In this document: positions 27,775-37,018 of the stretch, piece by piece | Layout of the letters: each line of letters begins with the position of its first letter | Position numbering within the stretch: position 1 is the stretch's first letter | NCBI GenBank assembly: GCA_964423465.1 | Contig: CAYRFK010000006.1 | Coordinates: 1 to 49,612, forward strand | Reading direction: 5' to 3' | DNA length: 49,612 bases | DNA from: an uncultured Verrucomicrobiota bacterium | GTDB lineage: Bacteria; Verrucomicrobiota; Kiritimatiellia; PWTM01 | Notes under the pieces: generated by a model | What the model was told of the DNA's origin: nothing | The model's database searches: none | What the model saw: only the letters and a program-made list of their open reading frames with translations | Made by a program: the position numbers and the translations under genes

Positions 27775-29141
27775 TAATCCAGCACCTGCAGATCCGTCAG
27801 CAGGCGCAGTTTCTCCCCGCTCATCCGCTCTGCGCTCCGCACGGTCTGCAGACGCCGCCACAGGACCGCCGGTGGCACGATCAGGCCGCGCGCGATCCGG
27901 TGCGCCCACGCCACCGGCAGCAGCAGAGGGTTCGACCACGCGTACTTGTAGCGCTCCCCAAGATGGCCCCGCACTGGGAACGCCATCCGGGATAGCATCC
28001 GCGCGCGGCTGCCTTCTGCCGCCCCGGATTCAAGTCGTGGCGACGCGTGAGTCCGGTCGCGGTACTTCCCCTGCATCACGGCGGCGAACGCCAACCCACG
28101 ATCCGGCCTCCGGCCCCCATGCACCCCGGCATCCAGGATGTCGCGGGCCAGCATGTCCAGCAGCTCCTGTCGGATCTCCCCGGACCATGCCGATTCCAGA
28201 TCCGCCGGCAGCGGGGCCTGCAGCTTCCTCCGGCACAGGAGCAGCGCCGAGCGTCCAAACCGTCCGGCCCTGTGCTCTTCCAATCGCGCAGCCAGCCGCC
28301 CTGCATCGACTCCCGCCTTGAGAAGAACGGTCAGGTCGGCCAGGTCGCGCGGGCCGAATCCCGTCGCCCGCAGGTGCTTCACCATGTGCAGCACCAGGTA
28401 GACCGCCGAGTCCTCGATCGAAGGTGCGACCAGCCCCGACGTAGGATCGGGTTGTGAACGGTCCAGGATGAGTTGCGTCAGGCCGGTCTCCCCCTGGATC
28501 CGCGACAGCGTGATGAAAAGACGGTGGTGCAGTTCGAACATCGTCCCCGACTCGTGCCACCAACTCTGGACGTTCTCGGTGGCGCCGACCTTCCTCATCC
28601 CGAGTCCCTGGAGGATGTCGCATGCGGGGGCGAGATCCTCCGGTCGGATCAACAGGTCCACGTCGCCCATCGTGCGAAGTTCCGGATGCGGATAGAGCGC
28701 CCGGACGACCACACCCTTCAACCCCACCGCGCGAATACCCTGTGCGCCCAGGGCTCCGGCCACGGCCGCGGCCGCTTGGAATCGCTGCGATTCGCGTATG
28801 CCCGTCTGCATGGCCATCTTGCGCCATCGCTCCAGCCGGTCCCGCGGAGGCCGCCGATCCTGAGGAAGCCCGGCCACGGCCGGAAACAGCAGGCCGGTCA
28901 CGCAGCAGGATTGCGAGAGGGCTATCAATTCGTCCCAGTCTTCCGCATGCAGAGCCGGGACCCCGACCGGTGACGAGTCGTGAAGCGCGGCGGAAAGCAA
29001 GGGCCACAGCGCGCCGGATACCCTGTCAGCCCCGTCGGTTTTCGGCGTGCCCTTCACGTTGCGCGCAGCATCGCGGAAGGCGGCTGACCGTTTCGGTCCG
29101 ACCGCCGCTTCATCGTCCGTGTTTGCCCGACCGCTGCCCAT
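27771..29141 (-). CDS. Nucleotidyltransferase family protein (NTP_transf_5-like)
   Basis: LKGVVVRALYPHPELRTMGDVDLLI, FELHHRL, LVLHMVKH, G.GPRDLADL; RBS GGAGG; stop overlaps the rSAM stop. Confidence 0.85.
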   Translation of the reverse strand: MGSGRANTDDEAAVGPKRSAAFRDAARNVKGTPKTDGADRVSGALWPLLSAALHDSSPVGVPALHAEDWDELIALSQSCCVTGLLFPAVAGLPQDRRPPRDRLERWRKMAMQTGIRESQRFQAAAAVAGALGAQGIRAVGLKGVVVRALYPHPELRTMGDVDLLIRPEDLAPACDILQGLGMRKVGATENVQSWWHESGTMFELHHRLFITLSRIQGETGLTQLILDRSQPDPTSGLVAPSIEDSAVYLVLHMVKHLRATGFGPRDLADLTVLLKAGVDAGRLAARLEEHRAGRFGRSALLLCRRKLQAPLPADLESAWSGEIRQELLDMLARDILDAGVHGGRRPDRGLAFAAVMQGKYRDRTHASPRLESGAAEGSRARMLSRMAFPVRGHLGERYKYAWSNPLLLPVAWAHRIARGLIVPPAVLWRRLQTVRSAERMSGEKLRLLTDLQVLDY

Positions 29142-29342
29142 CCCGCGGCCTCCATCGAGTTGCCGGAACGAGTGCCCGCGCTCCGGAACGCATGGCAGTC
29201 ATCATAGGCCATACGGGTGACAGATAAAGTCGAAACCGATGCAACCCGTTATCCTCCGGCGTTCGGGGCCGGATTCGTATCCGGAACGGGCCGCGGATGC
29301 CGAGTTCACCAAAGCACTTTGGTATTACCGAAAAGGGAGAGA

Positions 29343-29418
<76 letters not shown>

Positions 29419-29436
29419 ACAAGGAGCGCGCGGGAT

Positions 29437-29464
29437 AGCATAGCGGCCGGCGGCGGGGTGTCAA
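29437..29464 (-). promoter_or_regulatory. Sigma70 promoter of tRNA-Phe
   Basis: Minus strand TTGACA-N16-TATGCT, 18 nt upstream of the tRNA. Confidence 0.7.
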
Positions 29465-29559
29465 GGAGGTCGCGCGGCGTGTCGCACGGCGGAGGCGGGC
29501 ACTTTTCATGTTTCCCGGGGCGGCGCAGACGGTACACTGGCGGAATCGGCTTCGGGCTG

Positions 29560-30891
29560 ATGCGGAAGGACTACACGGTGCAGGGACATCGCAAGTTGGT
29601 GGTCGTCGACGTCGCCGCGCTGGGTTGGGATCTGGTTTCATCCCACCGGGCGATGGCGGAGGGACATGGGTTCAGGTTCCGGAGGACGGAGACCGTCTTC
29701 CCGGCACTGACCTGCCCCGTGCAGGCCTCGTTCCGCACCGCCGCCCACCCCGGCGCCCACGGGATGGTGGCGAACGGGTTCTATGCCCGCAGGCTCGCAC
29801 GGCCCTTCTTCTGGGAACAGTCCGCGGGGCTCGTCCAGGGACGGCGCATCTGGTCGTCGTTCCGGGCCGCCGGCGGCCGCGTCGGCATGCTGTTCTGGCA
29901 GCAGAGCCTCGGCGAGGCGGCGGACCTCGTTCTCTCGCCCCGCCCCGTCCACAGGCATCACGGCGGGCTGATCCAAGACTGCCAGTCCGTGCCCGACGAT
30001 CTCTACGCCATCCTGCGCGGCGAACTGGGCCGCGGCTTTCCGCTGCACCGGTACTGGGGGCCGCTGGCGTCCATCGGGTCGAGCGAGTGGATCGCCGACG
30101 CCGCAGGCTCCCTCCTGCGGGATGAGGAACGCTCGCCGGACGTCCTGATGGTCTACCTGCCGCACCTTGACTACGACCTCCAGCGCTTCGGCCCGGCCGA
30201 TCCGCGGGCCGTGCGGGCGCTCGACGAAACCCTCGGGCTGCTCGCCCGCATCTGGGGGGCGGCGCGCGAAGCGGGTGCGGAGGTGCTGGCCTTCGGCGAC
30301 TACGCCATCGCCCCCGTCACGGGCGCCCCGGTCTTCCCGCTGCGCCATCTGCGCCGGCACGACCTCTTCCATGTGCGGCCCGTCCGCGGCCGCCTGTACC
30401 CCGACTTCTTCGGCAGCCGCGTCGTCGCGATCGCCGACCACGAGATCGCCCTCGTCTATGCCCGCGATCCCGAATCGGTGCGCGCCGCGCGCAGCGCGTT
30501 CGAGTCGCTGGACGGCGTCGCACTCGTGCTCGATGCCGAAGCGCAGCGGAATGCGCGGGTGGGCGGAACGATGGGGGCCGATCTCCTGCTCGTGGCCGCC
30601 GAGGGCCGCTGGTTTGCGTATCCTTGGTGGGACGAGCGCCGCGAGGCGCCCGATTTTGCCTCGCATATCGACATTCACAACAAGCCCGGGTACGACCCGT
30701 GCGAGCTGTTCAGTGGATTCCCGCCGACGCGCATTTCGTCCGATCCCGCACGCATCCGCGGCACCCACGGCCGCGCCGGGGCTTCGCGGGCGGTCGCATG
30801 GGCCTCGACCCTTGCGTTCCGGCGGGAGCCGGAGGATCTTCCGGCCCTCGCGCAGGCGGTCGGGAATCACCTCGACGGCCGCGGGGTATGA
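29560..30891 (+). CDS. Alkaline phosphatase superfamily nucleotide pyrophosphatase/phosphodiesterase (EboF-like)
   Basis: VVVDVAALG, FPALTCPVQASFRT, HGMVANG, YLPHLDYDLQRFGP, DIHNKPGYDPCELF, GTHG. Confidence 0.8.
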   Translation: MRKDYTVQGHRKLVVVDVAALGWDLVSSHRAMAEGHGFRFRRTETVFPALTCPVQASFRTAAHPGAHGMVANGFYARRLARPFFWEQSAGLVQGRRIWSSFRAAGGRVGMLFWQQSLGEAADLVLSPRPVHRHHGGLIQDCQSVPDDLYAILRGELGRGFPLHRYWGPLASIGSSEWIADAAGSLLRDEERSPDVLMVYLPHLDYDLQRFGPADPRAVRALDETLGLLARIWGAAREAGAEVLAFGDYAIAPVTGAPVFPLRHLRRHDLFHVRPVRGRLYPDFFGSRVVAIADHEIALVYARDPESVRAARSAFESLDGVALVLDAEAQRNARVGGTMGADLLLVAAEGRWFAYPWWDERREAPDFASHIDIHNKPGYDPCELFSGFPPTRISSDPARIRGTHGRAGASRAVAWASTLAFRREPEDLPALAQAVGNHLDGRGV

Positions 30892-30994
30892 TGGCGCCCC
30901 CGGTGGGTGTATTCGTCGCGGCATGTCCAATGTGCGGACGCCGATGGAAGAGGAGGCGCGCCCGGGAACCCGGGATGGGGTCGCGAAAGGAATC

Positions 30995-32197
30995 GTGAGC
31001 GACGTGAGTTCGAAAATCCAGGAGTTCCGGCAGACGTTCACCGTGCCGTTCGAGTACCCGGTCATCTTCACGCGCGATGTCTTCGCCCCGGGGAACCCGA
31101 TCCTCCGGGACGAAATCGCCCGGCCCGAGCCGTCCCGGCGGCACCGCCTCGCGGTGTTCGTCGACTCCGGCGTGGCGGCCGCGTGGCCGGACCTGGGCGC
31201 CCGGATCGAGGCTTACGCTGCCGCCCACGCCGGATCGCTGGCCCTCGTGCACCCGCCGCGCGTCGTGCCGGGCGGCGAGACGATCAAGGCCGACCTCGGC
31301 GGAATCCGCGATGTCATGCACGAGATCTCGCGTTGGGGTCTGTGCCGCCATTCCTATGTCGTTGCCGTCGGCGGCGGCGCGATCCTGGACGCCATCGGGT
31401 TCTGCGCGTCGCTCGTCCATCGCGGGCTCCGGATGGTCCGCATCCCCACGACCGTGCTGGCGCAGAACGATGCCGGGGTCGGCGTGAAGACCGGCATCGA
31501 CACCGACGGCGGCAAGAACACAGCCGGTACGTTCGCGCCGCCGTTCGCGGTGGTGAACGACCTGAACTTCCTCGCGACCCTCTCGGACCTCGACTGGGTC
31601 GGAGGCGCCGCCGAGGCGTTCAAGGTCGCCATTCTGAAGGACCGCAACTACTTCGCATGGCTTCGCGATCATGCCGCAGCCATCCCGGCGCGCGATCCGG
31701 CCGTCATGGAACGTCTGGTCGTCGAGTGCGCCCGGCTTCATCTCGATCACATCCGCACGGGCGGGGATCCCTTCGAGAGCGGGGCGGCGCGGCCGCTCGA
31801 TTTCGGCCATTGGGCGGCGCACCAGCTCGAGTCGATGAGCGGCTATCGCATCCGCCACGGACAGGCCGTCGCCGCCGGCATCGCGCTCGATTCCTGCTAC
31901 GCGAGGGCGGCAGGCTGGCTCGATGCCTCGGAACTCGAGTCGATCCTCTCGGCGCTGGAGGCGGCCGGGTTCGCGCTCTGGCATCCCGAGTTCGATCGCC
32001 GCGGCCCCGATGGCTCGCTCGCGATCCTCGACGGGCTCCGCAACTTCCGCGAACACCTCGGCGGCGAGTTGTGCGTCACCTTTCCCGACGGTATCGGTTC
32101 GCGCCGCGAGGTCGGCGCCATCGACACCGCGCAGGTCGAGACATGCCTCGGCCAACTCCGCGCGCGCCACGTTTCGTCGCATCCTCCGAAGCCCTGA
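30995..32197 (+). CDS. 3-dehydroquinate synthase-like sugar-phosphate cyclase (EboD-like)
   Basis: PGGETIK, GGGAILDAIG, HRGLRMVRIPTTVLAQNDAGVGVK, RPLDFGHWAAH, HGQAVA, FREHLGGEL; start uncertain (30923 or 30995). Confidence 0.85.
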   Translation: MSDVSSKIQEFRQTFTVPFEYPVIFTRDVFAPGNPILRDEIARPEPSRRHRLAVFVDSGVAAAWPDLGARIEAYAAAHAGSLALVHPPRVVPGGETIKADLGGIRDVMHEISRWGLCRHSYVVAVGGGAILDAIGFCASLVHRGLRMVRIPTTVLAQNDAGVGVKTGIDTDGGKNTAGTFAPPFAVVNDLNFLATLSDLDWVGGAAEAFKVAILKDRNYFAWLRDHAAAIPARDPAVMERLVVECARLHLDHIRTGGDPFESGAARPLDFGHWAAHQLESMSGYRIRHGQAVAAGIALDSCYARAAGWLDASELESILSALEAAGFALWHPEFDRRGPDGSLAILDGLRNFREHLGGELCVTFPDGIGSRREVGAIDTAQVETCLGQLRARHVSSHPPKP

Positions 32198-32308
32198 ACG
32201 GAAGGAATCCGCTGCCGACCCGCGAGACCGCGGCCCCCCGCGATCCACCGTCCCGCCGGGCTTGTCCCGGTGGGCGGGAAAGGCCGATTCCGGCCCGGCG
32301 ACGCGCTT

Positions 32309-35300
32309 CTACTTCGCGTCTCCGGTCTCGATCCGGTATCCGAACGACTCCCCGTCGTGCCGCATGGCCAGCAGGCCGTTCGCCGTCCTGAACTCGACCG
32401 GCTTCGCCTCCGCGGCCGGGTCCATCGGTTCGGCGACAACTGTCCGCACCGAGGCCGGAGCGCCGGGCAGATGGGCGAGTCGCAGGACGATGTCGAACGT
32501 CTCGGATCCGGGCAGGGGGATCAGCCGGACACTTTTCCCCGCACGCTCGATCCGGAAGGCGCCGTCGGTGACCGCCCAACCGAAGTCGGTCTTCGTGCCC
32601 TCCGGATTCATCCACGGCGGCAGGCCGCCCGATCCCTTCGGCGGCTCGAACGTGACGGACGCCAGCGCGCCGTCCGCGGCGCGGCCGACGACCAGCGTCC
32701 CGATCCAGATGCGCCCCTCGCCGTCGTCCTCGCCGAGCAGCGGCCGGCGGCTGTGCTTGTCGTAGATGCCGGTCATGACGCGGAATCGACCTGCCGCGCC
32801 CGCAGGAATCGACGCCGTCCGCTCGAAGCTTATTGCGCCCTTCCACTCCTCGGTCGGCGGCACCGGCTTGAAGTCGTCCTGCCACGCCGTCTCGCCGAAG
32901 CCCGACGGTCCCTCCTCCTTCACGAAATGCACGAAGACCGTGTTGTTCTTCCCGGGTTTGGACTTGCAGTCCCAGGTCATCGTATAGGCCAGCCGGCCGC
33001 CCGCGACGGCTGCCGCGTCGAGCCGCGGCAGGATATGCAAGCGCCGACGATCGCCCTCCAGCGGCATCGTGCGCGCGTTGCAGAACAGGGCGCCGGGCGC
33101 CGAGGCGCGCTCCGCGATGCGGCCGGCGATCCGCTCGACCGACGCCGTCACCGCACCGGATATCACGCGCCAGCCGTTGGGCGGAAGCACCGCACCGCCG
33201 GCCGCCCAGTCGTCGCCGCCCTGGTTCACGTGGACCGTCGCGCCGTTGTCCCATTCCACGCGCTGCCGGTCGAGTCGCGCTCCGTCGAAGGCGTGCGCGG
33301 TGAGGCTGCGTTGCGCGAGCGAGCGGATCGCATCCTGCATCAGCCAGTACTTGCGGACGGCCGGCGCGCCCCACGATCCGGAGTCCACCATCAGGGAATG
33401 GCCGGCGAGCATCTCGCAGGCGAGGTACTCGTCGCTGTGGATGCCGTGTGCAGCGCGGCCGAGGCCGCCCTCGAAGCGGACCGAGTAGCCGGCGCCGTGG
33501 AGGTTGAAGCGGTGGTGGTGGACGGCGGCCATCCACGGCACGCGCGTCCACGAGCCGCACTCGAGGAAGATCGAGTGCAGCGCGGGCCGCTCGGAGGTCA
33601 GCCGCAGCCACTGGCAGTCGGCGCCGTCGAGCCAGCCGATCAACTGGTCGTGCCCGGCCTCGGAGGTGGTCGGCGCGTTGCCGCCGAGGATGTTTCGAAT
33701 CGTCTCGAAGGCCTCGCCCCAGTGACGGCGCGTCTCGGTGGACGGGTGCAGCCGGCCCTCGTGATCCCACGTGTCGATACATCCCTGCGAGGTGAAGACA
33801 TCCACAAAGCTGTGCGTGGCGCCGACACCGTCGCGGATCAGTTTCGTGTTCCGCTTCACGTACGGAAGGATCTCGTCGGGCCGCCACTTGTAGGACAGCG
33901 CGTCGCGCCCCTCGTTGTACCAGGCCCGGTTCGGCCGGCCGTCGCGCGTGAAGTAGATCTTCCGGTACGAGTACTCCGCGGCGTCGGGATAGAAGTCGAT
34001 GTAGTTGTCGTGAAGGCCCCACGGAACGTCGGCGGCGCGACAGACCGCGCCGACTTGGCGCAGGTCGTCCAGGGTTCCGTACTGCGGGTTCGGCGGCCAG
34101 ATGTCGGGCAGGCGGTAGTCGTAGCCCCAGCGCTGCCAGACGTGCATCGTCAGGAATGAATCGGAAAGGCCGTAGCGGAGCATGCGCGTCATGTTCGTGG
34201 CGACTTCGGCGTATCGGCCGCCCCAGATGTCGAAGCACATGCGTCCGGCGATGCCGGCGACGCCTCCGGCCGCCTTGCGGGGGTCGAGCGGACGGTAGGC
34301 GATCGCGCAGTCCATTGCGGTGCGGCCGGGCAGCAGCGTCAGGGTCGCGTCGTGGTGCGACTGCAGCGCATAGAGCAGCGCGGCCGGGTCCACGCGGAGG
34401 AAGTCCGGCGGATTGTCGAACGCCTGCAGCACCGCGAGGCCGTCGAACTCGGCCGCGATGTGGCTCGACGCGAGGCCGTGCCCGCCGAAGCTCTGCTGGA
34501 ACGGCTTCGGGTCGCTGACGCAGAAGCCGTGGCCCCAGAAGACGCGGGGCGCGGTGCGGTCCCACGGGCCGACGCGAAACCGCGTGATCGTGCGCGGGCA
34601 CGAGGCGGATACGCGCAGCGCCGGACCCTCGGCGCGCACGGTCAGCGTCAGGTCGAATGTCTCGCCGCCGCGGGCGAAGGAGTGGACCGTTCGCACGCGG
34701 CCGAACCGGGCGGAGGTCTCGACACCGCGGAAGGCGAACGGGGAGGGGAACCGGCCCGCCGGCGTGTCCTCGATGTCGATCTCGAAGCCGCGGAACGCCG
34801 TCGCGCCGCCGCCCTCGACGGCAAACGCGACGAGACCGTCCAGCAGGCCCTGCGGCCCCGGTTCGAGAACGACCGCCGCCTTCTTCGACGCGGCGGACGC
34901 CTCCATCAGGAACGCCGTTCGTCCGTCCGGTTTCGCGCTGCCGTCGAGAAGGGCGCGCGCCGTTCGAATGGCGGCGTCCGAGTCCCCCGGCGTCGGCGCC
35001 ACGGCCTTCCGTGCGCTCGGCCCGCCCCTGCCGGTGACCAGCGTCGGCTCGGCCCACCAGGAATGGTCGAAGGCTGTGTTCCGTTTCGGCCCCGGATCGC
35101 TTTCCAGCCGCAGCAGGACCCGGCGGCCGGCGTAGGCAGCGAGATCGACGCGACAGTCCTTCCACGCCCGCGCATCGGTGAAGTCCTCGTGGAGGGTCTT
35201 CCAGTCATTAGAGGCCGTGGCATCGGCGACGAGAACGCGGTAGCGGATGCCGTCGCTGCGCTGCTTGTCCGTCTCGCCCGAGTGATGGAGCGCGGTGGCG

Positions 35301-36019
35301 AAGGTGAGCGCAACCGGTCCGTCGGGCGGAAGATCGACGGCCCATTCGACCCAGCACTGGCCCGTCCCGCCGTGGTACGGCACGTGCATGCCCATCGCGT
35401 CGCGCGAGCCGCCGGCGTCGACGGTCTCGATCGAAAGCCCCGCGTGCGTCGCCGGGTCCTGTCCGGTCCATCCCGCCGGCTGCGAACCTGTGGCGCCCTT
35501 GTCCTGCGCCCAGCCGTAGCGATGCGTGCGGCCGATCCACAGCGGGATCGCCGAGTCCGCCTCCAACCGGAGCGCGACAGGCGCGGTGGCCGCGGGGGCG
35601 CGCGGAACAGCAGGGCGCTTCACTTCAAAGATTCGCACGGCGTGGACCGCGCCATCCCCGGAGCCGTCGCGCGAGAGATACGCGTGCACGGGGTAGGGTG
35701 CGTCGAAGACGAACGGGCCGCTCACGATGCTGAACCGTAGATTCGTCGCCGACCCCGGCGCCAGGACGACGTCCGCCGTCGCCGGGCCCCCGGCCTTCCA
35801 GTCATCCACGAAATCGCGCAGCGCCACGGTGCCGCGGAACCCGGCGGCCGCGCCGTTGCTCACCGTGACCGACACTGACGTCGGCGCCGCCGGATCGGCG
35901 ACCGGTGCGATCTCAGCGATCGCGAGTCGCATTCCGTCGACCGTCTCGTCGTACCCCGACCATCCCGCCGACAGAAGCCCCGCCGCCACCGGCACCCACG
36001 CAAATCTCGTTCCGCGCAT
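32309..36019 (-). CDS. Large secreted multidomain protein, putative glycoside hydrolase (DUF5696/GH129/GH101-like barrel)
   Basis: N-terminal signal peptide; HVWQRWGYDYRLPD, WGLHDNYIDFYPDA, FVDVFT, SEAGHD; RBS GGGGAG. Confidence 0.6.
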   Translation of the reverse strand: MRGTRFAWVPVAAGLLSAGWSGYDETVDGMRLAIAEIAPVADPAAPTSVSVTVSNGAAAGFRGTVALRDFVDDWKAGGPATADVVLAPGSATNLRFSIVSGPFVFDAPYPVHAYLSRDGSGDGAVHAVRIFEVKRPAVPRAPAATAPVALRLEADSAIPLWIGRTHRYGWAQDKGATGSQPAGWTGQDPATHAGLSIETVDAGGSRDAMGMHVPYHGGTGQCWVEWAVDLPPDGPVALTFATALHHSGETDKQRSDGIRYRVLVADATASNDWKTLHEDFTDARAWKDCRVDLAAYAGRRVLLRLESDPGPKRNTAFDHSWWAEPTLVTGRGGPSARKAVAPTPGDSDAAIRTARALLDGSAKPDGRTAFLMEASAASKKAAVVLEPGPQGLLDGLVAFAVEGGGATAFRGFEIDIEDTPAGRFPSPFAFRGVETSARFGRVRTVHSFARGGETFDLTLTVRAEGPALRVSASCPRTITRFRVGPWDRTAPRVFWGHGFCVSDPKPFQQSFGGHGLASSHIAAEFDGLAVLQAFDNPPDFLRVDPAALLYALQSHHDATLTLLPGRTAMDCAIAYRPLDPRKAAGGVAGIAGRMCFDIWGGRYAEVATNMTRMLRYGLSDSFLTMHVWQRWGYDYRLPDIWPPNPQYGTLDDLRQVGAVCRAADVPWGLHDNYIDFYPDAAEYSYRKIYFTRDGRPNRAWYNEGRDALSYKWRPDEILPYVKRNTKLIRDGVGATHSFVDVFTSQGCIDTWDHEGRLHPSTETRRHWGEAFETIRNILGGNAPTTSEAGHDQLIGWLDGADCQWLRLTSERPALHSIFLECGSWTRVPWMAAVHHHRFNLHGAGYSVRFEGGLGRAAHGIHSDEYLACEMLAGHSLMVDSGSWGAPAVRKYWLMQDAIRSLAQRSLTAHAFDGARLDRQRVEWDNGATVHVNQGGDDWAAGGAVLPPNGWRVISGAVTASVERIAGRIAERASAPGALFCNARTMPLEGDRRRLHILPRLDAAAVAGGRLAYTMTWDCKSKPGKNNTVFVHFVKEEGPSGFGETAWQDDFKPVPPTEEWKGAISFERTASIPAGAAGRFRVMTGIYDKHSRRPLLGEDDGEGRIWIGTLVVGRAADGALASVTFEPPKGSGGLPPWMNPEGTKTDFGWAVTDGAFRIERAGKSVRLIPLPGSETFDIVLRLAHLPGAPASVRTVVAEPMDPAAEAKPVEFRTANGLLAMRHDGESFGYRIETGDAK

Positions 36020-36121
36020 CGTCGTCTCCCCCTGAAGCCGGCGAGACTACCGCGTCCGCCCCCGCCGCTCAAATCCTCCGTCCGCCGCCCCGCCCCCGCC
36101 GTCCGACTCCGCATTCCAGCA

Positions 36122-36161
36122 TGTAACATTATTCGATGCGGTCGCATCAAATAATGTTACA
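36122..36161. repeat. 40-bp AT-rich palindrome, copy 1
   Basis: TGTAACATTATTCGATGCG-GT-CGCATCAAATAATGTTACA; ends 9 bp before the PaaX-like ATG. Confidence 0.95.
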
Positions 36162-36170
36162 CTTCAAGAA

Positions 36171-36998
36171 ATGGAGGGCGCGGCCATGGAGTGGTTTTAT
36201 CATCCGGATTTCTGCCCGCGGATCGCGGTGCGGAGGGCGGCGGAGGAGTTGTTCGACCTGTCGGTCGGGATGATCGAACTGGTTCTTTCGCGGGGGAGGG
36301 CGGGGCTGGTCGTGCCCTCGATGACGCGGCCGGGCGAGATCCGCTACCGGATGGCGCAGCACCGGCTGCGCAAGGCCGGGTTCATCGCGTACCGCCGGAA
36401 GCGCGGGCAGCCGCCGGTGTTCCGCCTGACGCCGACGGGCGAACGGAAGGTGCCGGATCTTCTGCGCCCCGAGCGCCGGTGGAACCGCAAGTGGAGCGGC
36501 CGCTGGCAGATGCTGATCTACGACGTGCCCGAGACCGAGCGGGCCTACCGGAACCACCTCCGCCTCTTCCTGAAAGGCATGCGGATGGGGCGGCTTCAGA
36601 ACAGCGTGTGGATCACGCCGGATGACGTCCGCCCCGAATTCGCCGACCTCATGGAGGCGGCCGCCGCGAACGACTACGCGATGCTGGTCGAGGCGCGGAC
36701 CGTGCTCGGCAACAAGGGCGGGCACGTCGCGCGGATCGCCTGGGATTTCGACCGCCTGGCGGGCGGGCACGCATGGTATCTCAAGGCGGTCGACGCGGTG
36801 CTCCGCAAGGCGGCGGACCAACCGCCGACGCACGAGCAGGCATGGACGATCGTGCGCGAGGACCTCAACGCCTACCGGGCCGTCATGTGCGACGATCCGC
36901 TGCTGCCGCGTGCGCTGTGGCCCGACGGCTACCGCGGCCCCGAGGTCGCCGCCGCCCACCGCCGCCTCGTCAAAGAAGTCTGGGCCACCGTCCGCTAA
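36171..36998 (+). CDS. PaaX-family transcriptional regulator-like protein
   Basis: wHTH end RLRKAGFI..FRLTPTG; central Cas2-like domain WSGRWQMLIYDVPE..R..LR..GRLQNSVWITP; AWDFDRL; C-terminal DPLLPRALWPDGY. Confidence 0.85.
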   Translation: MEGAAMEWFYHPDFCPRIAVRRAAEELFDLSVGMIELVLSRGRAGLVVPSMTRPGEIRYRMAQHRLRKAGFIAYRRKRGQPPVFRLTPTGERKVPDLLRPERRWNRKWSGRWQMLIYDVPETERAYRNHLRLFLKGMRMGRLQNSVWITPDDVRPEFADLMEAAAANDYAMLVEARTVLGNKGGHVARIAWDFDRLAGGHAWYLKAVDAVLRKAADQPPTHEQAWTIVREDLNAYRAVMCDDPLLPRALWPDGYRGPEVAAAHRRLVKEVWATVR

Positions 36999-37018
36999 CC
37001 GCGCCGCAGGGTGCAAAG

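Noticed and set aside
32076-35165. 1029-aa Arg/Pro-rich minus-strand ORF and overlapping plus-strand ORFs
   Set aside because: Alternative frames of the 32309..36019 gene; composition is typical of off-frame GC-rich translation.
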